From a virus (lineage: Duplodnaviria; Caudoviricetes): a stretch of 64,000 nucleotides of DNA. The notes under the pieces were generated by a model, which searched no databases, was not told the DNA's origin, and saw only the letters and a list, made by a program, of their open reading frames with translations. Made by a program: the position numbers and the translations under genes. Shown here piece by piece: positions 1-9,473 of the stretch; position 1 is the first letter of the stretch, and each line of letters opens with the position of its first letter. The stretch lies in the IMG/VR virus record IMGVR_UViG_3300043391_000853, positions 32,001-96,000 of that record. The stretch is one strand, 5' to 3'.

Positions 1-81
1 ACCAGCTCTCCAGTTTTGTAGGAGGGAGTCTTTAGCTTTCCCTTTTCGGTCACTGTACGTAGGAAATATTCTTTGTTCATA

Positions 82-279
82 TTAGTGAATTTCTTCGCCT
101 CCTCCGTCTTCTGTTTCTTCATACGTCTCTATCACACAATTTTTATCTGAAGGAAAACCAGCTGCATATTTTTTTGCAGCTTCTTCTGTAAAGAACACAT
201 CTCGAAATTGATGATCTGAATAGTTGGTATCTGCGAAAACAATATAAACTCTTCGCTTGGTTTCTTGTTTTAAACGCAT
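82..279 (-). CDS. small hypothetical protein
   Basis: ORF in co-oriented overlapping minus-strand array; VYIV...F.TEEAA pattern common in small phage proteins. Confidence 0.55.
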   Translation of the reverse strand: MRLKQETKRRVYIVFADTNYSDHQFRDVFFTEEAAKKYAAGFPSDKNCVIETYEETEDGGGEEIH

Positions 280-464
280 AAGGACTTTCTTAGGTCAGCT
301 AACGCATGAGTAAGATCCATAGACTTTCTTTTTGCTGTTGCTGTATTACGACCAGTCTCGACGTATTTTTTGCCGCTTACATATTGTTTAATCTCTACTT
401 GCTTTGCTGCTTTTAAAAACACCTCAGCTGCTTGAATTGCTTCTTTGAGTTTTGTGGGATTCAT
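270..464 (-). CDS. hypothetical protein
   Basis: ORF overlapping both neighbours. Confidence 0.6.
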   Translation of the reverse strand: MNPTKLKEAIQAAEVFLKAAKQVEIKQYVSGKKYVETGRNTATAKRKSMDLTHALADLRKSLCV

Positions 465-697
465 TTTACTAAATGTTTGAGTGTGTGCTGCAATAAAAGC
501 TCAGCATTGTAAGCTCCGCTTCTATACTGTCTTAGTATCTCAGGAACGCCGTACACTTTTTCAATATGCGCTAGCTCCCTTTTGATTTCTTTTTTATTTG
601 CTAGCTCTTGGCTTAATCTCAATAATATCTCATCTCCCCATTCTAGAGGCCAGGGTTCTCCTGGGGCGTCAGTCCGCTTTTCAGTTAGTATCTTCAT
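461..697 (-). CDS. hypothetical protein (start MKILTEK)
   Basis: ATG at 697 preceded by GAGG; shorter than ORF-track call. Confidence 0.6.
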   Translation of the reverse strand: MKILTEKRTDAPGEPWPLEWGDEILLRLSQELANKKEIKRELAHIEKVYGVPEILRQYRSGAYNAELLLQHTLKHLVK

Positions 698-941
698 CTT
701 GCACCTCCCATTTACCCAGCGTCCGCAGAAACGCCTTTGCGCGTTGACGGGCTGCCGCCAGGGTGGCCTCATAGCATGAGTCAAAAAGCAAAGCGACGTA
801 GTCTAAGAGTTGTGCAGATGTAAGCGTTTTCTCAGCATCGTGCATGGCGTTGAGGTCGTTGCAGTAGTCCTTCTGAATCATCCAGTGCTCGTCAGCGTTC
901 AGCGCCTCAGCAATCGCCGCGTTGATTTGTTCGTCAGTCAT
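681..941 (-). CDS. small phage protein (DYCNDLNAMH motif, possibly ABA-sandwich-like)
   Basis: MTDEQINAAIAE...DYCNDLNAMHDAEKTL...ARQRAKAFLRTLGKW; GAGG-N6-ATG start. Confidence 0.65.
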   Translation of the reverse strand: MTDEQINAAIAEALNADEHWMIQKDYCNDLNAMHDAEKTLTSAQLLDYVALLFDSCYEATLAAARQRAKAFLRTLGKWEVQDEDTN

Positions 942-951
942 CTTGCACCTC
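694..951. repeat. 14-bp direct repeat TCATCTTGCACCTC (694-707 and 938-951)
   Basis: Identical 14-mers flanking one gene; the reverse complement GAGGTGCAAGATGA is an RBS plus start codon. Confidence 0.85.
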
Positions 952-1440
952 TTTGAATTCGTCCAGTTCAACATAATCAATCACTATTTCTGTCACATCA
1001 CCAATACGATCCCAGCTTGCACTGAGACTATACACCATGATGCACGGATAGATAAGATTGATACCAAGTTCAGGCTCTTCATCTCTATCACAGTACTCGT
1101 CATACTCTTCCTGAGTTTCGAAATCGCTTTCAACTTTTCTTTCAAAGCCGAAAGCATTCAAGAGGTGTCCTTCTTCTATTCTATTGACTACATCTAGTCT
1201 CTCTCTTGCCTCTATACCGCTTTCACGTACTTTATCGTAGTGTGCGAAAGCCTCTCTTACATCAGGAGGCATGAATCCTGGAACACCTTTATTCTTTGCA
1301 TGCCAGTCGAAGAAAGGCTGCATGATCTTTCTGTCCTCTTCACTCCATGGAGAGCGATCGAAGTTCCCAAAGTGCTTGAAGTAGTTTTCATAGCACCACT
1401 GCCAATGCTCTGCTTTATTTTTAAACAGTATGTGTTTCAT
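934..1440 (-). CDS. hypothetical protein
   Basis: 168-aa ORF in array. Confidence 0.7.
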   Translation of the reverse strand: MKHILFKNKAEHWQWCYENYFKHFGNFDRSPWSEEDRKIMQPFFDWHAKNKGVPGFMPPDVREAFAHYDKVRESGIEARERLDVVNRIEEGHLLNAFGFERKVESDFETQEEYDEYCDRDEEPELGINLIYPCIMVYSLSASWDRIGDVTEIVIDYVELDEFKEVQDD

Positions 1441-1443
1441 TCT

Positions 1444-1671
1444 TTAGTTTTCTTGTGCTGTATACCACACTTTTTCGTTCTTTAGTTTTCTTGTACTGTA
1501 CGTGACACTGACATCTGCTGTAAGCTCATAACCTTTATCGCAGTGCTCGCAATCATATTCCATAGGTGCTCCGTTAAGGTCGCACATCTGGAGGTTATCT
1601 CCCTCAAAGGTGCCTCCGCAATGAGGGCAGATTATTCTATCTGCAGCTATTGTATTGAAGTCTTCGCTCAT
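1444..1671 (-). CDS. zinc-ribbon protein
   Basis: CPHCG...CEHCD. Confidence 0.7.
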   Translation of the reverse strand: MSEDFNTIAADRIICPHCGGTFEGDNLQMCDLNGAPMEYDCEHCDKGYELTADVSVTYSTRKLKNEKVWYTAQEN

Positions 1672-2056
1672 GTTTCTCTAGGGTGTTTGTGTTTAGTTTT
1701 TCTACCTCTGCTAGCTGCTTCAGATTAGTTAACCAGCGATCCGGCTCGTAATTGTCGTGTACGCTCTGTAGCCTTATAAGTAAACTTTCATGCTCTCCGT
1801 CGAAATCTATATCTAAATCTTTAGCGATATTCGGCCGTATAATCGACCAAGCCTTGCCCTCCCACTCTTTTAAATATTCATCGTCTGCGATAAGACAGCC
1901 CACAGCACACTTCAACCCTCCTGGGGCTCTATACACACATATATCATTATACTTATCAGGATCCAAACTTTGCTTGTTTTGGTTTAGTAGATGCTCAGCA
2001 ACTTGGTCGAACACCTCCTGCTTGGTTGCGTATTTTAATGTTTTAAGTGTGATCAT
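1637..2056 (-). CDS. conserved phage hypothetical protein
   Basis: QEVFDQVAEHLL...CVYR...GLKCAVGCLI...LQSVHD pattern. Confidence 0.75.
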   Translation of the reverse strand: MITLKTLKYATKQEVFDQVAEHLLNQNKQSLDPDKYNDICVYRAPGGLKCAVGCLIADDEYLKEWEGKAWSIIRPNIAKDLDIDFDGEHESLLIRLQSVHDNYEPDRWLTNLKQLAEVEKLNTNTLEKHERRLQYNSCR

Positions 2057-2057
2057 A

Positions 2058-2249
2058 TTATTTTGTACTAAGTCTGTAGATAATGGTTATGAACAGAACT
2101 AGACAAATTGTGTCAAGTGTAGACAGGTTATCTGTTAGTCCTAGCAGATCAATTATCAAGTATACGAACGCTAGCTTGACCAGCGTGACTAGCGAGACCA
2201 CCCCGACCACGATTAGTGTCGGTATGAGCAATAGGATAAAGAGATTCAT
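2058..2249 (-). CDS. small membrane protein
   Basis: Two hydrophobic segments. Confidence 0.6.
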   Translation of the reverse strand: MNLFILLLIPTLIVVGVVSLVTLVKLAFVYLIIDLLGLTDNLSTLDTICLVLFITIIYRLSTK

Positions 2250-2253
2250 TTAT

Positions 2254-2358
2254 TTAGTCCATGTAGTATTTTGTCCAAATGTACCAGCACAAGATTATCA
2301 CGCCAGCTATGAAGCCTAGCACGAAGCCTCCAGCTCCGATTAAAATATACGTTATCAT
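2254..2358 (-). CDS. 34-aa single-TM peptide (not in ORF track)
   Basis: MITYILIGAGGFVLGFIAGVIILCWYIWTKYYMD; fills the gap and overlaps the upstream stop (ATGA). Confidence 0.6.
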   Translation of the reverse strand: MITYILIGAGGFVLGFIAGVIILCWYIWTKYYMD

Positions 2359-2555
2359 AGTACTTCGTCGATAAAGCTATGCTTTCTTTTGATGAGTTGA
2401 AAATCCCTGTTTGGTTTATTTTTTCTTGACTCTGCTAGATGCTTTTCTGCGTCCTCTCGATATCTAAACTCTCCAATGGAAGAGATATCCCCAAAGTCTA
2501 TCCAATAGTCCTGTACTCGTACTTGTACGATATATTCAATGCTTGATCCGTGCAT
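2355..2555 (-). CDS. small hypothetical protein
   Basis: YIVQ...W...F...EDAEKHL pattern. Confidence 0.6.
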   Translation of the reverse strand: MHGSSIEYIVQVRVQDYWIDFGDISSIGEFRYREDAEKHLAESRKNKPNRDFQLIKRKHSFIDEVL

Positions 2556-2596
2556 ATTAAAAATGTGCGTGAAAGATGCGCACCCCCTTTGATTAA

Positions 2597-2815
2597 CTAA
2601 TCCTCGATTTCCATACTTACCCTCACCACAACAAGCCTACCGCTCCAGTCAGGGTTCCCTACATCTTCACTCTTCAGATGCTTCTCAGCCTCCTCTTTTG
2701 TTTTGAACTGTATGTTATCCCACGGATAGTATCTGTTCTCTATATTGGCTGCTTTGGCATATACCAGGTATCCAACATTCGCTTGATTCGCTACGAAATC
2801 TACCGCTGTGTTCAT
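2597..2815 (-). CDS. small hypothetical protein
   Basis: FKTKEEAEKHL pattern; coupled to ligase stop. Confidence 0.6.
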   Translation of the reverse strand: MNTAVDFVANQANVGYLVYAKAANIENRYYPWDNIQFKTKEEAEKHLKSEDVGNPDWSGRLVVVRVSMEIED

Positions 2816-3954
2816 ATGACTATTTCCTCAAGATTTCTTGTTCTAATTTTTATTGTGTTGTTGAACCGAGGGATTCCGTCGCTGCTGAGATTCTGATACT
2901 TGACAGTCGCCTGCATTCCCAGAATATCTTCTCGACGAGCCCACAGTCTTTGCTGATATGCGATACCGCCTACAGGCACAGAGTCGAACTCTTTACCGTC
3001 AGGCATACCCAAGCGCAGGATGATGCATCCTTCACGACTACCTTTACCTTCTTTGAACCCCATGATTTCATACTCACCTTCGTGAAAGTCCTTTCGCTTC
3101 AATAGATCTTTAGTGCGCTTATGCTGATATATGCTGTTGTGGGCACGAATCATTTGACCTTCATAACCTTCAGACATGTAAATACGATAAATATGATCAA
3201 GTTCTTCCTGATTGGAAATAGGCAGAGTCTCCACATATCTAATAGGCGTATTCTCTTCGTTCAGCATAATCAACCAATCTAGCATTCTCAGCACTTTATG
3301 CTCTCTGTGTGCGAAAACAGTGTTTCCTTTCGTGACGATATCGTAAACATGGTACTCCACACTCTGCTTACACTTTTCAATGTCTGCAGCACTGGCTTTC
3401 GGCTGTTTAACAATACTCACAATTTCTTCGAATTTGTCTTTAAGTTCGTGTGAGTACATCTCACCATCGAAGGCAATCACTTCAGGATGTTTATCAAACA
3501 AAGACTGCAGCGCATCTCTGATATGTTGCAGTGTGGCGAAAGGTTTCCACTGTCTACTGAACGCGCCTTGCCTTGTAACAATACACCGCAAGCCGTCTAG
3601 CTTGGGTTGACTATACACCGGGAACTCTAGCTTGTCTTTGTAATCATTATAATCTTTAGCAAGCATAGGATCGTAACGAAGAGGCATAGCCCCATCAAGA
3701 GCATCCACATCGTCGATATAGCCCTCGTCACGTTTCTTTTGCCACTTGGCGCGGGCTTCAAGCTCTGCTTGTTGATCAGCAGTAGTTTCATTCTTCTTAC
3801 CGACATTCTTGCCCTTGCATCTAGTAGGCGTGTTAGTAATCTTCTTACCATCTGTTTGTCCGCTTACAGTATAGTATTCTCCGTTCTCAAAGAATATCTG
3901 CCACTCTTGAGTAGCTCCTGTTGCCGTCTTTTTGAATAGTTTTGGTAATGTCAT
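2812..3954 (-). CDS. ATP-dependent DNA ligase with WGR-like N-terminal domain
   Basis: PMLAK, motif I QPKLDGLRC, FDGEMY, YEGQMIR, LLKRK, OB domain GIPRF. Confidence 0.93.
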   Translation of the reverse strand: MTLPKLFKKTATGATQEWQIFFENGEYYTVSGQTDGKKITNTPTRCKGKNVGKKNETTADQQAELEARAKWQKKRDEGYIDDVDALDGAMPLRYDPMLAKDYNDYKDKLEFPVYSQPKLDGLRCIVTRQGAFSRQWKPFATLQHIRDALQSLFDKHPEVIAFDGEMYSHELKDKFEEIVSIVKQPKASAADIEKCKQSVEYHVYDIVTKGNTVFAHREHKVLRMLDWLIMLNEENTPIRYVETLPISNQEELDHIYRIYMSEGYEGQMIRAHNSIYQHKRTKDLLKRKDFHEGEYEIMGFKEGKGSREGCIILRLGMPDGKEFDSVPVGGIAYQQRLWARREDILGMQATVKYQNLSSDGIPRFNNTIKIRTRNLEEIVI

Positions 3955-4388
3955 ACCGGCTCTCCTGGTTGTGGGAAGTATTGAATGAATTGAAGTGCTG
4001 CTTCTTTAAGAAGGGCGATTGCTGCTTGTCGTGAACCCCAAATCATTTCAGAGTCATCGAATATATTGTTATCTGTCGCTTTAACATGACTATGCATACC
4101 TACATGTCCATGTGTCCCCACTACGGCATTCATGATGCATCCTCCAGCCATATGCTCTCCATCATTGTTCCAATTTGGGCGATAGACTATTTCAGCAGTG
4201 TGATATATGGCGATATGTGCCTCGAAGTAACTATGATTGATCAGCTTTGGATCAACATACGCCACAAGCCCAGGTTCGCTAAAAATTTCTCTGGGTACCC
4301 GATGAAACATAGGACCTGTAACAGGAAATAAATTAGGGCACCCATGTTTCCGTGTGTGCCCTTTGTTTGCAAAATATATTCTGTTCAT
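3951..4388 (-). CDS. hypothetical protein
   Basis: 145-aa ORF coupled to ligase. Confidence 0.65.
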   Translation of the reverse strand: MNRIYFANKGHTRKHGCPNLFPVTGPMFHRVPREIFSEPGLVAYVDPKLINHSYFEAHIAIYHTAEIVYRPNWNNDGEHMAGGCIMNAVVGTHGHVGMHSHVKATDNNIFDDSEMIWGSRQAAIALLKEAALQFIQYFPQPGEPV

Positions 4389-4487
4389 TTACTTTCGCTT
4401 TACTGTTTTTGTGATTGTTACAGTTTTACGCAAGGTTACGTTTCCTCGCTTTACAGTTTTGACTCGCTGACTTGTTACTTTACTCAT
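4389..4487 (-). CDS. 32-aa highly basic peptide (not in ORF track)
   Basis: MSKVTSQRVKTVKRGNVTLRKTVTITKTVKRK; ATGA overlap upstream and TAAATG junction downstream. Confidence 0.6.
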   Translation of the reverse strand: MSKVTSQRVKTVKRGNVTLRKTVTITKTVKRK

Positions 4488-4642
4488 GATTTTTTTAATA
4501 GTTGTTCATTAGACTTTATTTCTCGTTCCATACCTCTGAGGTCGGCTACGATCTTGAATATTGTTTCGCTAGCATACAGATCTATGCGAAACAGCTTCCT
4601 TAGTCTGATCTCTAGTCTTGCGGCGAATTCTTCGTCACTCAT
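4484..4642 (-). CDS. 52-aa hypothetical protein (not in ORF track)
   Basis: MSDEEFAARLEIRLRKLF...NEQLLKKS; fills the gap exactly. Confidence 0.6.
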   Translation of the reverse strand: MSDEEFAARLEIRLRKLFRIDLYASETIFKIVADLRGMEREIKSNEQLLKKS

Positions 4643-4643
4643 T

Positions 4644-5459
4644 TTAATCGAATAATACTGATGATTTGTGAACTAGTAGTTCGTTGTTCTCTATCGTGAT
4701 ATAGTTCTCAAGATGCGTATCAATATTGATATTGTATGATTTACCAGGTTTAAGTATGTACCTATCAAGCGAAGGCAGTGTCTCGTCTGGGAATACTCTT
4801 GTAAACAGTTCATCGATTATCTGAGGATGACTTACAGGACTATGTCCCACAATCTGGCTTATGCTTGCAACAGGCTGAAACTCTCTGTGCCAATCAAGCC
4901 ATGTGATGCCCCCAACACTCTCTCTGCCTCCTCTGGCGGGTCCGGCGCACAGTACAGGATCCTGGAACAATAATTTAAGGTTCCTGAAAGCCTGCTCACA
5001 TCTGTCGAGCACAGCCTGTGAGGTCACACTGTCAACGAAGGGCGTAGCAAAATGCTCTTCACTGACGCCCGCATGACTCAATACAATGTCCAAGCAGCCC
5101 TCAACTTTGATCACATGAGCTAGCTCTGCTTTATAACCTAGAGGCATCGAAGATCCTCCGAACACCTCTTGAATAGCGCGCACTTTTTCTCGTGTATTAC
5201 CACTACACGCATAGTAGTCGTACATGTTTGGGAACAGATATGGAATATCGTGATTGCCCAGCAACCACGTGAAATTCTCACCATGTTTACTGTATAGATC
5301 TATGATATATTCAGCAGTCTTTCTCGCCTGAATTGAAGTATCGTAGAAATCGTCAAACCAATCACCGAGAGAGACCAGCCTGTCAAACGTGTTGTTTTCT
5401 AGGATTTTCTCTACCTTACCCAGCTTCTGATGTACATCAGGAATTATTAGTGTTCTCAT
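4644..5459 (-). CDS. calcineurin-like metallophosphoesterase
   Basis: PDVH, LGDWFD, LGNHD, SHAG, VGHS motifs. Confidence 0.9.
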   Translation of the reverse strand: MRTLIIPDVHQKLGKVEKILENNTFDRLVSLGDWFDDFYDTSIQARKTAEYIIDLYSKHGENFTWLLGNHDIPYLFPNMYDYYACSGNTREKVRAIQEVFGGSSMPLGYKAELAHVIKVEGCLDIVLSHAGVSEEHFATPFVDSVTSQAVLDRCEQAFRNLKLLFQDPVLCAGPARGGRESVGGITWLDWHREFQPVASISQIVGHSPVSHPQIIDELFTRVFPDETLPSLDRYILKPGKSYNINIDTHLENYITIENNELLVHKSSVLFD

Positions 5460-6057
5460 CTGAACTGTTATTTTTAGGTTTTACGCAATCTTCGCACAAT
5501 ACTTTCCACCAACCTTTGGTGCTCAATACGCCAGGTTTACCGTCCTTCTCGCAGGTATGTTCGCTAAGCTCTTCAGCAAAACTCAGCACCCCATTCACAT
5601 AGCCTGCATAGCGCTCATATTCATTCCTCAGGGTTTCTTGAGACACATCCTCAACCTCTTTAGGAGTATATAGGTTGTACACATCATGATATATTCGAAG
5701 TGTGCCGAACTTTTCTTTGACTTGTGTAAACTTTACACCAAAGCCTTTAAACTGCTTAAATTTATCGTAGCGTGCCTGATAGAGTGTACCGTGAGGAATA
5801 GCCAACAAACGCTCTATCTTTCTACATTTGTTATGAAACCATACCTCCAGCTTGTCTTGATAGGGATAAGCGTCTTTCTTTCTTATTGCTCCTGAGCGTT
5901 TCCTGCTCAAGATCTCGCACGCTTGTCTTATAATAGGCTCCCAGCCGTCACCGCACTCTAGTCCCCAGCTCATACAGGACTGGTACATATCTAGGCTGTG
6001 CTCCTGAAACAAATCAGGAAAATCAGCGTACAGTTTTTTCTCTAGTTCTTCGCGCAT
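5437..6057 (-). CDS. conserved phage hypothetical protein
   Basis: ECGDGW...QVKEKFGTLRIY...TCEKDGKPG...GWWKVLCEDC. Confidence 0.8.
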   Translation of the reverse strand: MREELEKKLYADFPDLFQEHSLDMYQSCMSWGLECGDGWEPIIRQACEILSRKRSGAIRKKDAYPYQDKLEVWFHNKCRKIERLLAIPHGTLYQARYDKFKQFKGFGVKFTQVKEKFGTLRIYHDVYNLYTPKEVEDVSQETLRNEYERYAGYVNGVLSFAEELSEHTCEKDGKPGVLSTKGWWKVLCEDCVKPKNNSSDENTNNS

Positions 6058-6211
6058 AGTGCTTCTGTAGGGTTTCCTTTAGTAGGCTTAGTTGCAGCTG
6101 CATAGCTGCTGCACCACAAACTGATTCCACTTGTTCACCAATAACTGAACGTATTTTCTCAACCAAGGCGTCACCTTGTTCAATAATGTTAGATATTTTT
6201 GTGTTGCTCAT
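6023..6211 (-). CDS. hypothetical protein
   Basis: ORF coupled to thyX stop. Confidence 0.5.
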   Translation of the reverse strand: MSNTKISNIIEQGDALVEKIRSVIGEQVESVCGAAAMQLQLSLLKETLQKHYARRTREKTVR

Positions 6212-6888
6212 AAACCAAACGCTGTAATTGTGTGTTTAAACGGATCATCAACAATAGACTTAACCAATGTGAGCATTTGCGTAGCTAATGCAGCTATTTC
6301 TTTTTGTGCGTGCTCGCTGCAACGTAAATTTAAAAAATGTGCAAAGCTTCGCCAGTTAAACATCATATCGCTGGTTATTTGACTATTGTACATTTTAAAG
6401 AATCTTGCACTTTCTTTAGCTCTTTTGCGTCCGTGCTGTTTTTGCACATCCGCCAAACAAGCGTGATACAGCGCATTGCTGTGTAAAGATTGATCGTATA
6501 GTACTTCTCCCCAGTTATTATAACCCTGCAACCAAGACCTGTTCGATGGATCTATAGGCACATCGAGGAAAACCTCAGGGATATAAAACTTATCTTCTTT
6601 CAATTCTTTGTATCTAGCAGACTCTGCATTCACAGAAACACCTACCCTGTGCTTTATCATCTGGATATGTGTCGCAATATCACAGTTCACCAAGAAGTGC
6701 AGTCCGCTTTTTTCAAAAGGTGTATGGTGACCTTCTTTAGCTAGCTGCTCTAGCAGCTTCGGAATTCTTTTACGTTTATCATCTGATAATTCCCTGCTCG
6801 TACTTGTCCACGCAGACAGTGCGTGCTCAATATCTCCTCCGTAATGTCCAAGCAACTCCACACTATTCTGATTTTCGTGAGCGTCCAT
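6208..6888 (-). CDS. thyX: flavin-dependent thymidylate synthase
   Basis: GHHTPFE, KHR-x8-SARY ThyX motif, NWRSFAHFLNLR...HAQKEI. Confidence 0.92.
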   Translation of the reverse strand: MDAHENQNSVELLGHYGGDIEHALSAWTSTSRELSDDKRKRIPKLLEQLAKEGHHTPFEKSGLHFLVNCDIATHIQMIKHRVGVSVNAESARYKELKEDKFYIPEVFLDVPIDPSNRSWLQGYNNWGEVLYDQSLHSNALYHACLADVQKQHGRKRAKESARFFKMYNSQITSDMMFNWRSFAHFLNLRCSEHAQKEIAALATQMLTLVKSIVDDPFKHTITAFGL

Positions 6889-7354
6889 TCTTTTTGTCCT
6901 CAATTATTTCAAGATCCCCCCAATCATCAATACACTCCAACAGTATTTGATCTTCTTCTCTAGGTGTATTACTGTCGTCTACGTCGTATAGTTTGACAGT
7001 TATAGACCCTTCCTCTCCGACGTCATAGAAATCCAGTAGGACCCCTGATACTTTCAGAGGTCTATCTAATGAAGGATGCTTCACTGTACAACCATTTAAA
7101 TGGAAAAGTACCCAATCCTCAATCTCGTCTTGCAGCTCTTCAAAGCGCTCATTGAATTCTGCAAATTCATCGATATTGATTTTTGGCTTTTCGAATTCCT
7201 CGATCGCAAAAACCATATCAGGATGAGTCATAGCCATTCCTCTAGACCACATCACTGCATCGTCATAGTATTCGTAAGCATGCAGCGACTCTTGTGCATC
7301 TGCAGCGGTTTCTCCTTTTCTCCAGTATTTAATTTTGTATAATGATTTAGACAT
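6863..7354 (-). CDS. hypothetical acidic protein
   Basis: 163-aa ORF in array. Confidence 0.65.
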   Translation of the reverse strand: MSKSLYKIKYWRKGETAADAQESLHAYEYYDDAVMWSRGMAMTHPDMVFAIEEFEKPKINIDEFAEFNERFEELQDEIEDWVLFHLNGCTVKHPSLDRPLKVSGVLLDFYDVGEEGSITVKLYDVDDSNTPREEDQILLECIDDWGDLEIIEDKKNGRSRKSE

Positions 7355-7357
7355 ACT

Positions 7358-8401
7358 CTAACCTTTCTTCATATCGTAGGGCTGATTCATGACTTTGAGA
7401 CTCCACCAGCTTTTCACCAGAGCTATGGAGTGTATAGGTTGCACTGGACGAACCACGATACCTTCAGCATTAGATCTTTCGTAGTCGTACTTAGCGTTGT
7501 TTGCCATTTCCTGAAGCTTTTCACTTGAAGGAAAAGCTGTAGAATTGAAGCGATGCAGGACAGGTACCGCAGGAATTTTGTGTAACTCACAAAACATCCT
7601 AGTATAATCCCAATCTTTCCAATGATGTGTTCTAACATCTTTCAGTAGGAAGGCGAAGAGTGTGAGCTCTTCTAGCTTCATAGGGTTACCTTGAACACCA
7701 GGACCGCATACTTCTCCTTGAAGGGCCAGCTCTGCTCCTCCGAAAGACAAGGCATCTTTCAGATTATACTTCCTAGCCATCTGCCAGAATAGATTGCCGG
7801 CAGTTTCTTTTAGCTCGAAATTTCTAGAGCATACTCGAAACTCTCCATCCTTGTATATGAATGTCCCACTACTGCCATCGCACTTGAGAGAGGCTATGAA
7901 ATCTTGATTTAAGAACCTGGAATCCTCAGTGACTTCCTGCAGGGCTAGAGGCTCACTTCTAAAGTTATATTCGTCTGTCTTGCTAATGATAGCTGTGGGA
8001 AAGTTTCCCTTGGTATCGCCTGCAAGAGACATACCTACAGGAGCAACCCACTTCTCAATCCCTAGGGTTACGCTAACCTCATCACCATCTTCGAATACAA
8101 CATTGTCTGGCAGACCTGCATATTCACGAAGAGCGCTGATGGGTATAAGCAATCCTGCACTATACTGCCCCTTTAGCTTTACAGTCTTTAATCGAATCTT
8201 TTCATCTCCAGTGTAGGTTTCGTCGACGTATTTTTTAGGTATCAGTGAGTCTGGGAAGATTATCACTGTTTGATCTCCCACCTGATACTGACCTTTTCTA
8301 GTTACAACCTGCCAACCTAGTACAGTTGCACGTTCTATTCTGTCTGCTCCCTCGATAGGTTCGAGAGAAAGTACTCTTGATACTACTGCTAGTTTTTCCA
8401 T
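7358..8401 (-). CDS. RNA ligase (Rnl2/DRB0094-like with N-terminal OB domain)
   Basis: IEGADRIE...GWQVV; KTDE; motif I KCDGSS; QGEVCGPGVQGN; AEGIVVR; final K motif. Confidence 0.9.
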   Translation of the reverse strand: MEKLAVVSRVLSLEPIEGADRIERATVLGWQVVTRKGQYQVGDQTVIIFPDSLIPKKYVDETYTGDEKIRLKTVKLKGQYSAGLLIPISALREYAGLPDNVVFEDGDEVSVTLGIEKWVAPVGMSLAGDTKGNFPTAIISKTDEYNFRSEPLALQEVTEDSRFLNQDFIASLKCDGSSGTFIYKDGEFRVCSRNFELKETAGNLFWQMARKYNLKDALSFGGAELALQGEVCGPGVQGNPMKLEELTLFAFLLKDVRTHHWKDWDYTRMFCELHKIPAVPVLHRFNSTAFPSSEKLQEMANNAKYDYERSNAEGIVVRPVQPIHSIALVKSWWSLKVMNQPYDMKKG

Positions 8402-8407
8402 ATATAG

Positions 8408-8809
8408 TTATTCGTTTTCACTCCAGCAAAATATGACATTGCTGTGTTTTCCGAGTTCAGTTGTCAGATTCGGCTTAATTATCAATTCCCAAATATAATA
8501 TTTGTTAGCTTTCCCTGCACCTAACTTACTAATGTAGAAAGTGCGTGCAGGATTTTTGCCTACATGTTCCTCAAGTTGCTTCAAGCTACCGAAAAACTGA
8601 CTGATGTATTCATGAGGCTTAAATGTGCAGCCTGAGACGCCTTGTGGGGCTTTTCTTGTAACGAAACCTATAGATCTTGGGTGTCCTCTCAATATTGACG
8701 AGCCGCTATTTCCCTGCCTCTGAAGATTGTCTCCATAGACAAAGAAAGCGTTAGGATCTGCATTCAGATATTCTTCAGTAATTTTAATCTTGTTGTATTT
8801 GGCGGCCAT
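8408..8809 (-). CDS. hypothetical protein, possibly macrodomain-like
   Basis: FVYGDNLQRQG and ISKLGAGKAN resemble phage macro-like proteins. Confidence 0.55.
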   Translation of the reverse strand: MAAKYNKIKITEEYLNADPNAFFVYGDNLQRQGNSGSSILRGHPRSIGFVTRKAPQGVSGCTFKPHEYISQFFGSLKQLEEHVGKNPARTFYISKLGAGKANKYYIWELIIKPNLTTELGKHSNVIFCWSENE

Positions 8810-8841
8810 ACTATTTGCTGCGTTATGTTTTAGATTATGCT

Positions 8842-9126
8842 CTATTCCAAGTAGCGTTCAGCTCGCTCTAATTCAGTCACAAGCTTATCAACTATAACCG
8901 GCCCGGTCAGGGGACGGTGGCTACGCAACCAGTCATGTGAAAGCACTCGGCGTGCAGCTGCAAGCATCTTGGACTGCTCATCAGTACAATTTGCTGCAGC
9001 TGCCTGCACAGCTTTCTGTAGCCGTATATATTCCATACTTAATTTAATATAGCTGCCCTCATACTCAGAATCTGGCGGGAGCTGGTTATATATGTCAGCC
9101 ATACGGTTTTTCCATTCACGACTCAT
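8842..9126 (-). CDS. hypothetical protein
   Basis: 94-aa ORF. Confidence 0.6.
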   Translation of the reverse strand: MSREWKNRMADIYNQLPPDSEYEGSYIKLSMEYIRLQKAVQAAAANCTDEQSKMLAAARRVLSHDWLRSHRPLTGPVIVDKLVTELERAERYLE

Positions 9127-9464
9127 GGAGATGTATAATGTCTCGATCCAGAATATTGCGGACTACAAAATACACAGTATTCTTCTGCAGGCACATAATG
9201 CACACAGACGTCCCTAGACTGCGTTGTATCTGCAGCCTCTACAGCTACAACGCCGTTGTCTGTCTGGATATTACTTAACTCACGATTCAGGTACCATATA
9301 GCTTTTTTTAAATCCTGCTCTTTGTTACCTTTCTCCTCGCAGCGCCAAATATATTTAAGTGCATTACCCAGACAAAAGCCGAACTTTAATTGATTAATGA
9401 TGTCGATGCATTCGACACCGTTAATCTGATTATAATGATTTGGATGGTTAACTGCTTCTTTCAT
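9123..9464 (-). CDS. DUF3310 family protein
   Basis: VNHPNHY...ECIDII...GNALKYIWR...QDLKKAIWYL. Confidence 0.88.
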   Translation of the reverse strand: MKEAVNHPNHYNQINGVECIDIINQLKFGFCLGNALKYIWRCEEKGNKEQDLKKAIWYLNRELSNIQTDNGVVAVEAADTTQSRDVCVHYVPAEEYCVFCSPQYSGSRHYTSP

Positions 9465-9473
9465 TGTGTGTAT

